From positions 62,001 to 126,000 of the forward strand of contig MU271191.1 in assembly GCA_021432655.1 (NCBI GenBank): DNA of 64,000 nucleotides. Direction: 5' to 3'. Within the stretch, counting starts at the first letter, position 1. Each line of letters begins with the position of its first letter. The notes under the pieces were generated by a model. That model was not told where the DNA came from and did not search any database. It saw only the letters and a list, made by a program, of their open reading frames with translations. The DNA comes from Atractiella rhizophila. Lineage: Eukaryota. The position numbers and the translations under genes are program-made. This document shows positions 13,170-26,779 of this stretch, piece by piece.

Positions 13170-14230
13170 TGGTACTAGAGCAAGGAAGACAGATCTATTC
13201 AGCAAGTTTCTCTGCATTGCAGTATCCTTCATGATTCTTCCCATACTCTAACAGTTCACCCGCTTCCTCAAGACATCCCTTTGTGGAGCAGATGAAGTGT
13301 GACCTGTCAAACCATGGCCTTGTTGCAGCTAGATTCACCATGAAAGACAAGGACAACTCAGCGTGTACTGGAGGAAGGTCCTTGATGACCTCCTTCATTA
13401 CATTACCAACTTCATACTGGCGTTGTTGTAGGAGGTATCTTTCAAAGTGAGGGATAAAGACATCCTGCCGATACTTGATGACATCAGGTTTTTCATGACC
13501 ACTGGAAGATATTAGCTCAGCTGTACACAGAGTAACAGCTCACTCAAAGTAGAGAATCTTCTTGTAATATGTCCACTGAAACCCCTCTTTCTCACCATCT
13601 CCTGGCCATCCTCAATAATATCCATTTTGGCCCTGGCTTGAATCAAATGTTAGGAAAGAGCTCCACTTCAAGGTACTCTCTCAATCCTTTCTGTATCTCT
13701 TCATGCATTGTTTGCTTTGCATACTTCTCAAGTGCAAGTGGGACCATTGTGTTGACATGGAATCCAGCAAGGTTCATTGGGTCTATCAACCACTGTGGTT
13801 TGGAGCCAGGTACAAAGAATGGCACAAGTTTCTGGATCATTAAGTAGATATACATTTTTATGTGTCTCCCTGCATACATCACATCAGTCCTTATCAACTG
13901 TCAAGAAGACAAACTGACCTGTTTGACACTGGCCACTCACCTGTCTTCTTGAAATGAGAAGCCCATAAACAAACACACCATGCACTGTAAGTGAGTCCCA
14001 ATCGATGTGATGCTGCCACAAGCTGCAATGACTCCAGCTTCCCCCTTATACCCAGCTTTACCAGATTATATACATTTCCAGCACCTGTACCCTCCATCCT
14101 TGACGGTATGTCACCAATTTATTCTGCTGTAGAAGTTACTTAATCTGAGCGGCCTTCGTCACATAATTGTTGAGCTTCTCCCTCTTTTGCTGAGCTCTCT
14201 CTTCCTTCATGAGGCATATCTACTTTAGTG
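13170..14230 (-). pseudogene. Tc1/IS630-like transposase, N-terminal and central remnant
   Basis: MARRW..RGF, GHEKPDVIKYRQDVFIP and GKNHEGYCNAEKL correspond to the DGHER.DV..YR and GKN.EGYW motifs of fungal Tc1-like transposases. Many stops. Confidence 0.7.
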
Positions 14231-15299
14231 CAGGTGATTCAATGTGGGACACTTCTTCACTTGATCTCTTTAAGGGTTTGACAGGAGGTGCAAATCGTCA
14301 GTGAGTATGATGTTGTTGGAGTCTGAGAAGAGGAAGTGTTCCACGTAGAGGATATGGTGGGAGAGTGTAATGCAGGTGGGAGGGAGTTGACAGGAGAGGG
14401 GGCAAGTGAGATGTTAGGAGAGAGGACTTCTTCTTCCTCATCCTCATCATCAGTCAGCACGTTGATTGTATCGTCACGCGTTGTGTAAAGTGAGGGTAGC
14501 TGTGACAAATGTAGCTCTCAAAGAGGTTTGAACAGTTTATCAATTTGCTCATAGCCAGTAAAAGTGGGAGTTAACACAGAATACAGATGTTTTAAAGACT
14601 TGCCGTTCCTTGCATGTGTTTCTACGTCACACTGAATTCTGTGCTTTGGTGTTGTATATCCTTGAGTCCTTGACTTGCCCTGCTGCTTCTCTCTCTCAGC
14701 CTAAGGGTTCAAATCCACCACCCAGCTCATAAGGTCATCATAGACTGATCCCAGGAGGTCATCCTGCAGGGAATGATGAGCCAGGGATTCCGTGCTGTCT
14801 GGTGCCTCCTCCTCCCCTCTGTCTATTTCAATTTCCCCATCATCGGTCTCTTCCTCTTCCTCCTTCTCACTATCCCACTGGCCTGAATCACTAACATCGT
14901 TGTAGAAGGGATCTGGAGATCGTTTCTTAGTGCTCATGATTGTGCCTTCATCATGGAAGATGAGAGTTTACACCCATCTTGGTCTGTCCTTGAGGAATGT
15001 CAGGCGAACAACCCTGACAAAGCCTTGTTAATGTTCTCAACGTTGTCCATTAATCGGTCAGCACTAAGGTAGATTTTTTCCTGTTGGAAGACAAAGTATC
15101 ACTGTGTGTCTTCTTGCACTTCTTGGCAGTTGGACCTATGATACCTCGCCATAGCCTAACCATCAATTCCGTAAAGTTAAAACTTTGGTGATGCATTGCG
15201 TCCTTACTAGGCAAAAAGGTGGGCTGCCACCAAGATTTTCAATTTGAGAGAACAGACTCTCTGAGATGATACCGTAATCTCGTTGAAGGCACTTCTGAA

Positions 15300-16900
15300 C
15301 TGTGACCTGATGATTTGCCTTTGCTTGCAAAATGGCTACAACCTGGGCATGCTATTGTTTGGGTGTCTGTGTGGGAAGGTTGTGAGGGTCATAATTGGGA
15401 CATATTGATAGAGGCTCCTGATAGTTAGTGGGTGGGTGAGAGGAAAGTAGTATATTGGAACACCAGGTTGATGTATCCCAATCAATGTACACCCATTGAT
15501 ATGACAGCCCATCCGACCATTATATCCAACTTCTGCTGAAACTACTGCCTGGCACAGCATATTGAAAAGACGAAGGGCTATAAAAGGTTGGGATCAAAAC
15601 CATTGTTTCCATTGACCATCCAACAAAGGAAAGCCAGTTGCATGGAGACATTTGATGTGATCAAATATAGGTAGGGCTTTGCACCGTCCCGTCCGTCGAT
15701 TTTTCTGCCTGAGACGCACTGTCACTGAACATAGGGACATTCTGACGCTGACGGGAGTGTGACAGCAAGAAAAGGGGTGCAGTCGGACGGGTTTGACGGT
15801 GAACATGGGTGTTCAACAAATTGTTCCATTATTCTGTCCGGCACCACCGGAATATGTCATTCATGCCATGTTCTAGCCGCTAACTACTAATGCCGGCAAG
15901 CCTAGGCCTGTTTGGCTGGGTGGAAAGGTGATTTGGTTGCCCCAGCTATGGCCCGCAAGCAGCTGGCCCACATAAGGTTAGGTTTGTACTGACCCGAAAG
16001 GCCGTTTCTGGCCGTTTCAAGCCATGCAAAGGAATGTTTGCTCAGCTGCAAACAAGAAAATATGAAATTACGAAAAGCTTGCAGCAAAACAAGCAAAAAA
16101 CTGGTAAAAACAGGTTTAAAACTTAAAATTCATATGACACCCGTTGTTCCCCGTCTGACCCATCATGGAAGCGCAAGAGGGCCGACGGACGGGTAGCACC
16201 CGTCCGTTTATACCGTCCATCATCAAAAAACAAAGTTGTGACGGTGACGGGACGGGTGGCCAAAAATGCCGTCCGTCCCGGACCCGTCACCCGTCTTGAC
16301 AGTGACGGGACAAAGCCCTAAATATAGGGAGGGGCAAAGAATCCTGATTCCACAGAGGGTTTGTGCCTGGTATAACAGCAAGAGGGATGACAAACTGTTG
16401 CTTATAACAAATTTTTGAGGTAGGTTATAGTCAATCAAAATGATGAAAATAGAATCTGACAGTTATTTGGTGTTTATATTTGCGCTCCATCAAGCAAGAG
16501 ACCTAAGACCCTGGAGACTTGAGCAGAGCAGCTGTCAGGATTTTGGCATGTTGAGCGTCATTCATTGCCACCTGTTCTGTGGCTGTTTTTCTTGAACGTT
16601 CTGGACTTCCATGCTTACCAATGTTTGCCACCTACTGTAAGGGTATAAAAGCACCAGATTCTTTATCGTAATACAATGAACTTGTAATTTCATCAGCAGC
16701 CACTCTGGTTCATTTTCATGAAGATTCACCGTACTTGGGACAATCGGTTCGATCATTTCCAGTGTCCCGTATATGCCATGTGAGTTTGAGAGCACATGTC
16801 AAAAGATTCTGGAATAATTGCACTTTGTTCTGCGACAAGCTTTTGAACAGCATCGAGGGTACGTTTCTCCATCTAAAATCGCTTGAGATGGAGCTGTCAA
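15300..16900 (-). pseudogene. CACTA/EnSpm (Transposase_21/tnp2-like) transposase remnant, interrupted by a MITE
   Basis: SDSIFIILIDYNLPQK..YKQQFVIPLAVIPG.NP...DS, then after removing the MITE LPIFDHIKCLH..G..LLDG....F.SQPFIAL...VGYNGRMGC...C...G.H.PG...YYFPL. Boundaries approximate. Confidence 0.7.
15672..16320 (-). mobile_element. Non-autonomous hAT/MITE (649 bp) of hAT family B
   Basis: TIRs TAGGGCTTTGCACCGTC and GACGGGACAAAGCCCTA; perfect 8-bp TSD AATATAGG (15664-15671 and 16321-16328). Both ends are homologous, in reverse orientation, to the ends of 53769-58683. No transposase inside. Confidence 0.95.
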
Positions 16901-19614
16901 AAGTCCTTGTAGAGTTCACATGATGCTCGATCATGACAAGTTATGTATAGCTCTACAGACATCAACTCTTTGGTCAGAGGCATGATCTGATCTGTCCCCC
17001 TCTTGTCGCGTTTAATGTGCGTTCGTGGGCTTTACTCCAGCATCTTATCTCCCAAAGAAGAAAACATTGATTTCACAGAAGGACAATCAGGAACCAGGGT
17101 CAGCCACACTAGTTCATCTTATCGCCCCAGCGGCGTTAAAGCATAGCACTCTGATCCACCTCTCTGTCCTTCTTTCCTTACGTGCCTACCTCCATCAATT
17201 GACATGTCCAGATCACATTTGTCTTGTCTCCTGAATTCTGAAGCGAGTCTTATGGGTTGTCAAAATCATCCTACTTCTCTCTGGCAGGTCCTGGGCTGGA
17301 GCAATGTAATGCTCCGAATCTATTGAAGTTTGGAGCGGTATGTATCTCTGGATTTTCTGTATGGTACTGAGAGTGAGCTGGAACATGGATCGGCGCATGA
17401 AGTGCTGCAGAAGGTGGAACTCAAAGCGGACCTTATGGTTATTGCTCATAAGGTGAGACAGCACCAGCACGCCCTTGTTCGGCAGTGGTATGTCGGCGAG
17501 GAAATGGAGGTGCGTCTGTGTTCCCTCAGTTGATGTGATGCGATATATACCAACCTGGCCGCAGGATTATCTTTGCCAGCTTATCTCTGAGCTCCTCCGA
17601 GCACATGATCTGTTCGCGTATAAAGCAAAGTTTGGTGACTGGGCCAGAGTTTGTGCTTTCTCTTGCCATTGTGTTTCTCCACTGACTATCCAATAGAAAT
17701 ACATTGAGAAAGTAGAACGTAATGCTGGAACAAACATCTTTGCAGCTTGGACCCTGTCTCATTTCCTTTATCAAAACAACCAACTCTGCTGTCACCTGGT
17801 CGAATCTAGCGAAACTCTTCACTCCTCTCTCTGGCCAACCATTCTGTCCACTGATTCTGCCTCACGAAAGGGCTTGGATCGCCGCGTATTATTTTTCAAT
17901 GGTTTGGTGATCGTAACCGGGATTCTCATGGCAGTTGGTGGTTTGTTTCTTTGCATAATCCAGGTTTTGTATTGTTAAAGCTTTCAAACAGGTGTTATTA
18001 CTCTGCTCGGCCACGATACAGGCAGGAAAGAACGCCCTCACCAGATGGTCCGCACAAGATACGTGATGGATGACAACATAGGACAACCAATGAGTCTGAG
18101 AGATGCCTACCGTAGTGGACGGTATTGCGGGGTCTTTGGATATTCAACTACAGATTATCAATCCTGCCCTGGACAAGATATCCACAGTGGCATCATCCTG
18201 TCGAATATCCCGAGCAAGTTCTCATCAGAGGTCTCCGCGTTGACCATGCAGTTCCGCAAAGTAAATTTTATACCTTGATTTCTGTTTCCTGTCTGAGGCC
18301 TCAATAGCTTTTATATAGGGGTTTACAAATAACAATATGGTGATGCAATATTTTCTGCAGGCTATATGGCACAGATGGGCATATTCGCCCTCAGAGAAGG
18401 TATTTTTGGCATTGAAGGCAAGGTTCCACATCGTCTTTTTCTTTTAGACTCATTGGTGATGGTTAAGGGGCCGTTGTTGATGTGGGGGAACATCCTGGAA
18501 TCAGTTGATTGAACCATACCTTCCACAACAATAGATCACGACGGGGCGAGTTGGAAGCAAGATGTTTCTTGGATTGAGCCGATACGTCCCCTTTGTTTTG
18601 TATGAGCTTCTGTTGAAATGAGGGAACTGGAGGTTACCGTATGCGTCAATACGAATCGTATCTTCGAATACACGACCGCTGATAAGTACTATCCGCTGAT
18701 AAGTACTATACGTGGCTTACCACTTTGGATATCGTAGATCATGGGAGGTTTTACAATCTGTATCCCTCTTTTTTACTTCTTCTGTCTAATCAAACTAATG
18801 ACGAGGCAGGACGAACGCAGCCCCAAACTTTGTGGACTATGGGGAAGGACAGAAAGGAAACCTGTGGGAACATGCACTTGCAGCTGCCACTCATTTGAAC
18901 CTGATCATGATGAATTCTCAAAACATATCTCAAAACGAAACGTTCGAAGGATATAGAGTGCCCACAAATCGTACTTCTATCAGAGGATTGAGCTCCTTGT
19001 CTTTTGTTGAGTTCAACGACATGTTTATGGATTTTCCTCTAGTCTGCCTCCCACTTCCGAGCTTTGTCGGCTCAGATGTTTGATGGTCTCTTTGTAGATG
19101 ATGGCGCCGACTTCGACGGGTTTGAGCCTCTCGACAGAAAATAAAGGGGGAGGGAGCGTTGGAGGGGAGGAAGATGTCCTTCTCAGCGAAAGAGGAGACT
19201 TTGGCGAATACGTTGGGATGTAGTCACAGAACACAGAGAAACGAGGTACGGAATAGATAACCAAACGAATGTATTCCCAATCCTCTTATTCGAGACACTG
19301 GAGCAGAGGGAACAAGAGATTGAGTTTTGATGGTAAATGCCTCATCAATTACATCAAAGACGCTAGGCTTAAGTTCTGGTCACTGAAGCGCATTCACTGT
19401 CGGAAACAGCCCAGGAAGTGCGTTGTCGCAGGTGTGGTGGTCAGATGGGCTAGAGTAGCATTCGTGAATCATTGCCTGCTCCATCCAAGCACATTGTTCA
19501 AGGTTGTTCCTCTTGTTATGATCAATTATAGAGCTTTTTGCGGCTATTGGCCATGAAGCTCTTCGTCAAGGTCCAAGTTGCTGAAGTTGCTATTAGTGCT
19601 GCCAAAATGGAACT

Positions 19615-19844
19615 TGTAGGCTGATCCCCAGCGAATATGAGATGGTGGAAAACGCTCAACATGCAATGATGACACGTACCTGATCCCCAGCGAATATGAG
19701 ATGGTGGAAAACGCTGGGGAATCAGGATGGAGAAACCTAACCCTATGTACATATTGTAATGTAGGCAGACACAGGAATGAAAAACAAATGAACGTGTAAC
19801 CGCGCCGAAGAGTGCAAAGAACGAGAGAATGGTACATTCTCTCA
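19615..19844 (-). repeat. Putative 3' LTR of the Copia element
   Basis: Minus-strand polypurine tract GAGGGGGGGTG (19855-19845) is followed by TG at 19844. The distal CA end at 19615 is tentative because there is no 5' LTR to compare with. Confidence 0.5.
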
Positions 19845-19999
19845 CACCCCCCCTCACTCAAGGCGCATGTGAACGAAAAACGAAAGATATGTATATCAGC
19901 AAAATTACGAGGCAGAATAAAGACTAGGCCAATACATGAAGGGAAAGCAACCGTCAAGAGAGAGAGAGAAAAAAAAAATTTTTGAGTCAGACCAATCGA

Positions 20000-22940
20000 T
20001 CATAATGAGAGAAGGCCCATCTCAGAACACAGTCTTGAGTGTTGCAGGTGTCCTAGACCTTTGGTAAGAACGTCGGCAACCATTTCTTGTGTCGGGATCC
20101 ATTTGAGAACAATGTCCCCATTTGCTACCTTTTCGCGTGTAAAGTGATAGTGCACGTAAACGTGCTTGGTCCTGCTGTGGTTAGATGGATGTTTCGCAAG
20201 TAAAAGAGACCCCTGGTTATCACCCCGAATTAGCGTGGGCCCTTGTTGAGCAAAACCCAGTTGAGCGAGGAGTGCTCGTAGCCAAATCGCCTCCCTCGCT
20301 GCAGTCGACAGGGCGATGTACTCCACTTCAGTTGAGGAAATGGCGACAGTAGGCTGCATCTTCGAGATCCATGAAATGGCCGAACGTCCTAACCGAAAGA
20401 TAACACTGGAGATAGACCGTCTGGTATCCACATCAGCAGCATGATCAGAGTCAGAAAATCCATCTAATGTCGTGCTTCCTGTAGCATCCCATATCAGCTT
20501 AAACCCCATCGTCCCCAGAAGATATCGAAAAATGCATTGTACCATGGACCAATGTCGACGTCTAGGGTTCGCATTGTATCGTGCAGCTCGGTTAACCGCA
20601 AACGCTATGTCCGGGCGGGTATTGACTGCAGCATAGATCAGAGCTCCCACTGCTTCAGGATAAGGAATCCTCTTCATATACTCCCTATCACCCTCATTTT
20701 GAGGAGACCAGGTATCGAAGACCTTCTCATTGACTTCACACGGTGTCTTAACCGGGTGCATGTCCTGTAAACCGTATCTGTCAATGCATTTACGGATGTA
20801 ACTTTCCTGGTCCAGCGTTATGCGACTTTGATCCTCGTCCCACGTTATCCTCATCCCTAGAAAATTCCCTACTGGTGATGTGGTGATGTTGAACTGAGAC
20901 CGGAGGGCTGTGTATAGGTGTTCTATAAGCGCGTGTGTAGAGGCAGCCACCAGGCCATCGTCGACGTGGATAGCAACAATAGTAAGACCTTCTAACCCAC
21001 TCTTGATGTACACTCCATGGTCTGCATCCAACCAAGTAAGACCGTGGCCTATAAAGAAAGTATGAGCAGCATCATTCCAACCATTGCCTGCTTGCTGGAG
21101 GCCGTATAGAGTCTTTCGTAATCTGTACACATGAGTCGGATGGTCACGGTCCACAAAGCCCTCTGGCTGGCGGAGATAGACCTCCTCATTGAGCACGCCA
21201 TTGAGAAAGGCATTGCTCACGTCGAACTGTCCTAGCTTCATGCGGGTCAAGGCAGCAAGGGCCAGAATCGCACGGACAGAAGCCATACGCACCGTAGGAG
21301 CATATGTTTCATCAAAATCAACACCCTCTGTCTGCATAGCACCTCGAGCAACCAACCGTGCCTTGTATTTAATGACACTACCGTCTAGATCCCTTTTATC
21401 AGCAATACCCATTTACAACCTACTGCTTTCTTGCCAAGAGGCAAAGGTACTGGCTCCGCCTCCCACGTCCCCATCGCCTGCAGCGCGTTTATTTCAGCTA
21501 AGATGGCCGCCCACCAATGTTCAGCATCCGGACCTGCGAGCGCCTGTCTGAACGTGGGTTCATCAAGACTGCCTGTCCATTTTGTGTTGGCAGTAAATAC
21601 CTGCCATTGTCCTACATCCTCACTGTCACCAGTAAGCGAAGACTGTAGGGAGGATCGTAACATGGACGACATTTTCCTGCCAGCTAAAGATGGAATGAAA
21701 TCTTGGGTGGCAGACCTAAAGTCAGCATCGAAATAGAACACGGAATGCTGTGGCTGGTCTAGTCGTTTATCTGAAGGTTTCCCTTTTAACTGATCAGTAT
21801 AATCAAACCGAGGGATATTCCGTTTTGGGTGCTGGTTATGTGGAGGGTATGGCGCAGGGACGTGATATGGACGGCGCTTAGGGACTTGCCTAGTGCGTGG
21901 CAGAGCAGGCTGTTCCTCAGCTTCACATATAGCAATCCGTCCCCACCCCACCTCCATCGCCAGAAATCAAAGGAGTAGGTGCAGGAGGCGCCGACGGCAG
22001 AGGGTCAGAAGGAGCTGGCAATGTGGTCGAAACTGTCAGTATAACCGGTGTTGCCGAATTCGTTTGTGTATCCTGTGTATTCGAAAGCGTAGGTATGACG
22101 GGAGGTATGATTTCTTCAGGGCCAAGGATGTTGATTGGTACTTCGTCAGCGAGGTTGTGAAAATCTGAAGGCATGAATTCATCAAGAGTCCAGTCACTCA
22201 ACCTAGCCATATCCTCTTGAGGGCGATCCCGATAAAATTCATGTTCAAACCATTTTACATCTTTCGCCTCGATGAATTTCCGTTGTGACGGTACCCAGAA
22301 CAACCAGCCCTTGGCACCAGGCAAATACCCCACGAAATATCCCCTTGCCCCTCTCAGATGAAGTTTGGAGATCTGCCGCTCCTTCGGAATATGAATAATA
22401 GCCAAACAACCAAATGTGCGAAGAGAAGAGAGATCAGGTGCATCCCCTGACCAAAGTGCTAAAGGACATTTCCAAACACCATGAGAAAATGTAGGTAGGC
22501 GGTCTAAAGTGTAGACAGCGAATTGTACAGCTTTTCCCCAAAATGACAAAGGTAACCCAGATTCTAATAAAATAGTACGTGCTACATTGAAAATAGTATA
22601 CCAGCGACGCTCCATAAAACCCATCTGATTGTGGACGTAAGGAATGGATGTTTCATGAACAATACCCGATTTCTTAATGAAGCTTGTGAAAACCATAGAC
22701 TTAAACTCCCCACCATTATCGCTTCTCAAAACTTTTACCTTGACATTGTGACGACGTTCTGTCTCCACAATCCATACTCTCAACGCCGCAGCGGCATCCG
22801 ACTTAAGTCGTAGAGGAATCCACCATATCATGGCAGTAGATTCCTCAATGATTCCAAGCCCATATCTAAAACCACTCTGCAAAGCAGGAATAGGTGCAGG
22901 GCCCCACAAATCACAGTCAATCCGTTCACCAAGGGTGAAC
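20000..22940 (-). mobile_element. Ty1/Copia retrotransposon pol (integrase-RT-RNase H), frameshifted and 5'-truncated
   Basis: Integrase: DLWGP, LRSDNGGEF, MERRW, LRTFGC. RT: GCKWV, YKARLVARG, FDVSNAFL, LYGLQQA, HVDDGL. RNase H: GFSDSDHA, SSTEVEY, GDNQG, RTKHV, VADVLTKGL. IN-RT-RH order. Frameshifts near 21400 and 21940. No gag, protease or 5' LTR seen. Confidence 0.97.
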
Positions 22941-23819
22941 GAAGACTTCTGGCTGTCTTGCGCGGATAATGCGGAAGCAGCGGTAAAACTATGTTATCTC
23001 GAATGAGTGAGTGAGTGAGTCCTCTGCAAGGAGAATGACATGCCTGGAGGAGCGCCATCCCCCAAAGGACAAACGCGACAAGCATGGAGACAGCGCTGGG
23101 GCAAACCACCTTTCCGTAGAAGTTGACCTCGAAGGGGTTAGGCGGCTGAGTTTCCATCCTTAAGTCCCCATTGATGTCTGGAATGAAAAGGGCAGCTCAT
23201 TCTCCTTCTGCACCGTTTTAAGCTTGAAGCTATGATTTGACGACAGGTTAACGGAGCTCTGAATCGAAGGGTGGAAGGGTCATTGCATAGCTGGATCAAA
23301 ACTATCATTGGATCAGATATCTTTGCATACATTATCCGGTTGCCGCGCACAGTGGATCAAATGGCTACCTGCGTACGCAGGATGGAAACTTAGCCGCCTG
23401 CGGATGGCTATTTGATCCACCGTATGCGAATGACCATTTGATCCACCGAATGCGAATGGCCATTTGATCGGCAAAACTGATGGCCCCTAGGGGTTTGCGC
23501 CAGCGAAAAAATGGTTTTGCGCTTCAGAAAATTTGGAGCCAAAATACAGGTCAAAACTGGTCGTCCAGTTTTATCGCTGACCAACTACGACCACTTGGTC
23601 GACGGGTCTGCTATTTGAATGCACCCACACTCACACGGTCGTTTGATCCACCGTATGGGGACGCCCAGCCGAGCCGGCGCATCAGCATCCAAACTATGAT
23701 GCAGGCACCCTAGTCAGTTCTACGGCAAGCTGGTCGCCCTGAGGTTTTCTGTAGTCAGTCTCACGTATTCGGTTTCCTCTCTGCGTATGACACTCGATTC
23801 TCTCTGAGGTCAGCCCGCC

Positions 23820-24290
23820 GTGGAGCAATGTTACCAGACGACTATGCGGTACCAACCTGAGGTTTCACGAAAGTATGAATGTTGGGATGTTAAAGGAGGT
23901 CATCGCGGGTTCGCTGAATGTTGGGTACACCGCTATGCATTTTGGAATGAAGAGAAGGCGAGGATTGTGTTGGATGCAATGGAAGGCAAATGGCTGGATG
24001 AAGTCACCTTTGGAAGTGGTTCAAGAAAGTGGAGGAAGGAGGAGATCGAGATCTTTTTGCTGAGGATGGGTGACAGGACCAGACGGCTTGAAGTTTTCGA
24101 TGTGGAAGACTCTCCCTCTTCAGCCTCAGAAGGTCTTCACTTATCTTCTCGCCTCAAACACCTAGACCTCTACAAGTACCCACCCCTCATATCGTTCTTC
24201 CTCCCACACACTGTCAAGGGCTTACATCTGTGTGGTCTATGTCCCCTCCCCTCCTCCATCTCAGATAACCCTCTGCCGCCTCATCCCTAA
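23820..24290 (+). pseudogene. Fragment of an LRR-like (F-box/LRR-type) fungal protein
   Basis: LxxLxL-like units (RLKHLDLYKYPPL, TVKGLHLCGLCPLPSS). Truncated where the YR remnant begins. Confidence 0.35.
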
Positions 24291-24304
24291 ACCCTAACCC
24301 TAAC

Positions 24305-25129
24305 TGGATCACTCTAATTGCTTTGATGCAGCTGTTTTAGCCTGTGCTATAATCACCTTTTTCTCTCTCTTCCACTTAGGGGAAACTCACAAATCCTTTA
24401 ATCCAGCGAAATCAATTACTCATGACGATCTCTCCTGACGTCTTACTGAAGAAGATTTCCCTTATCCCCGCATACTTCTTTGGAATGATAAATCCCTAAT
24501 CCCCTGGTCACTCTCAAGTTTTGAGGCTTCCTCAGACCAGATTAGGTGATGTCTGGACAATGGACCTCATAGTTAATCATCTTCACATCAACAACTCCAG
24601 TAACACACCTAACCACCTATTTGCATCCACTGATCACAAGAAAAATGATGGCTCTCTTCGTGCACTTACCCATTCAGCTTTTCTCTATTGATGCAACCGG
24701 ATCTGGTCAGCAGCAGGCTATTACCACTTCTCTAGTCATTCCTTCCACATCGTAGATGCCTCATTTCTCCTCCAACTTGGATTTGATATCGAGTATATTA
24801 GGATGGTAGGAAGGTGGAAAACAATCATGTATGAACGGTACCTCCTCGACGACTACACTCCCAACCTATTCACAAAAATCACCCTCCTGTCTAACAGAAA
24901 AGCTTTCCTCCCAACAATTTCTGTCTCCAAACCACCCCATAATTTCTCTGATTTCGAACAATCCTTTCTTGAACGGTTTGCATATGAGAACTTCAACAGG
25001 ATTTGCAGACTTTCAAATGACAACTCTTCCACTTCAAAAATTCCATCAAACACAGGCAAGGAACATCATGACAACGCTGAAAAAAAGTCTGCTCGTCATT
25101 TCAGTTTTGTGGCAGGACAAAAGTGCTAG
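24305..25129 (+). pseudogene. Degenerate tyrosine recombinase from a DIRS/Ngaro-like element
   Basis: FDAAVLACAIITFFSLFHLGE, NRIWSAAG....SHSFHI..ASFLL.LG....IRMVGRWK...YERYL, PNLFTKITLL. Collinear with the YR at 28290-29570. Confidence 0.85.
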
Positions 25130-26779
25130 ATGCCTCTGTCTTGAAAAATTGAGCATCGCTTGGGGTAAGCGTTCTGCCCTGATATGACGTCCTCCTGGAC
25201 AAAGGGAAGCGCCTTGAACAAGCGGCAGAGCCCGTCCCCCTACACCGTAGGAACACGGGCTCCTGCCGAATGGCGAGCTTGGAAGAGGAAGTTTCGACAA
25301 GTACCCGATTCGCGGAAGCACTGGTGGAACTTCCATCATGACCTCTCTCAAGACCAATTCGAATCATGGCTTCTGGAGTGGAAGTTGTGCCAAAGGTGGA
25401 TTTGGAACGTCTTCTGGCTTGTGAAGCAAGTTTCATGAGGGAAACAGACACAGTATCCAGGAATAGGAGCGTCTTCAACTCCTGGGTTGAGGCTTGTCAC
25501 CGGGCAGAAAGACGAGTAGGAGAGCTGCAGAGGGAGGTGGACAAGCTGAAGATGGAAAAAGACGTCCTTGAGGAGGAGACGAGAGCAGTAACGGACGAAC
25601 ATAACGAACTACATAACCGGCTCGTCAGCTTAAATGTCCCTACCAAGAGGCGTCCATCTCCGCACGATCGACCCTTTCGTTTCCTCCCTACACCACCCAC
25701 CCCCGATTGAACCCTTTGATCCTGCTCCCCAGCCCCAGCACCTCCATCAGAACTTTGGACCTCAACCGACCCAACCCCAGAAGTGGCCACAGGAGGCAGA
25801 TGGAGAGACGGAGCTCATTCAGCTGGCCAAAGACAGGAGCGCTGCCATGAAAGACCGCATTAACATGCTTTTCGACCAAAGCATGGACCTCGACTTTGAA
25901 AACCCCCCCCCCTTAGAACTCAATGTAAGTCCCCAATGTACAAAGTATTCTGCAACACACCAACATACAACTGGGCACAACCCTCTGACCGCAAAGTTCA
26001 AGGTTGCCAAAGCACCTCAAAGTACCAATGTATGGCAGAGCTCTACACTCCATGCTATAATGTCCTCCAAAGTACCAAAGTACGGCAGAGCCTTGTGCTC
26101 CTCGCCATAATGTACTCCAAAGTAGCGCGGCAGAACCTTCGTGTTTCTCGCCTTAATGAACGCAAAGTACCAAAGTGAGGCAGAGCCGCACACTCTATGC
26201 CACTATGTGTCTCAAAGTAATAAATTCACAAGTCAAAGCCTTTACCAAACAAAGACCTGTTCCCAAATTGTGGGATAGAATACACCGCAATTCCTTGCAG
26301 TTATCACATGACAGAGTACAGAGTACTAACGTTGTCCCTTCCACCAGATTGTCCCAAACAAGATAGAGAAGTAGATCCTCTCCAACCCACACAGTTACGT
26401 TCCAGCAATCTGCTTCACCAGGTCGATTAAGGAGGAAATCGAGCAGAAAAATCAGAACTACCAATGCAGCGATAAACTCCGGCGATGCCTCCATACGCTC
26501 CAGTGCCTTCAATAGCCTCGGAGACGACATAATCTTTAAGATCACAAAGGAGGGAAAGGACCTTAACATCGACCATGGCGAACATGAACAGTTACCTCCA
26601 GGTTCTTTCAAAAGCCAACGAACCAAACCTTTCAAGGGATTTACGCTGCTTCATCGACTTCATCAAGGATGCGCATGACACCTCGCACCTCCGTGCGGTT
26701 TCCAACGGTTCAGCAGCCTGGTTCGATGAATGGCCAATCTAGCTACATGTAGCCATTAAGTACGACACTACCTTCTTCA

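Noticed and set aside
17200..19100. Exon-like plus-strand fragments and a 17-bp tandem duplication at 18676-18709
   Set aside because: Probably a decayed gene, but no family could be recognised; the duplication looks like simple slippage.
20537..21736. Plus-strand ORFs overlapping Copia pol (and similar ORFs antisense to the hAT and Helitron genes)
   Set aside because: Antisense shadow ORFs of real coding sequence.
24285..24303. CCCTAAACCCTAACCCTAA telomere-like repeat at a junction
   Set aside because: Only three units, and it can be explained as decayed L-T-L-T codons of the LRR-like ORF. Insufficient for an interstitial telomere call.
26018..26220. CRISPR-like repeat/spacer appearance
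   Set aside because: Eukaryotic context, degenerate repeats, 'spacers' similar to each other, and no cas genes.
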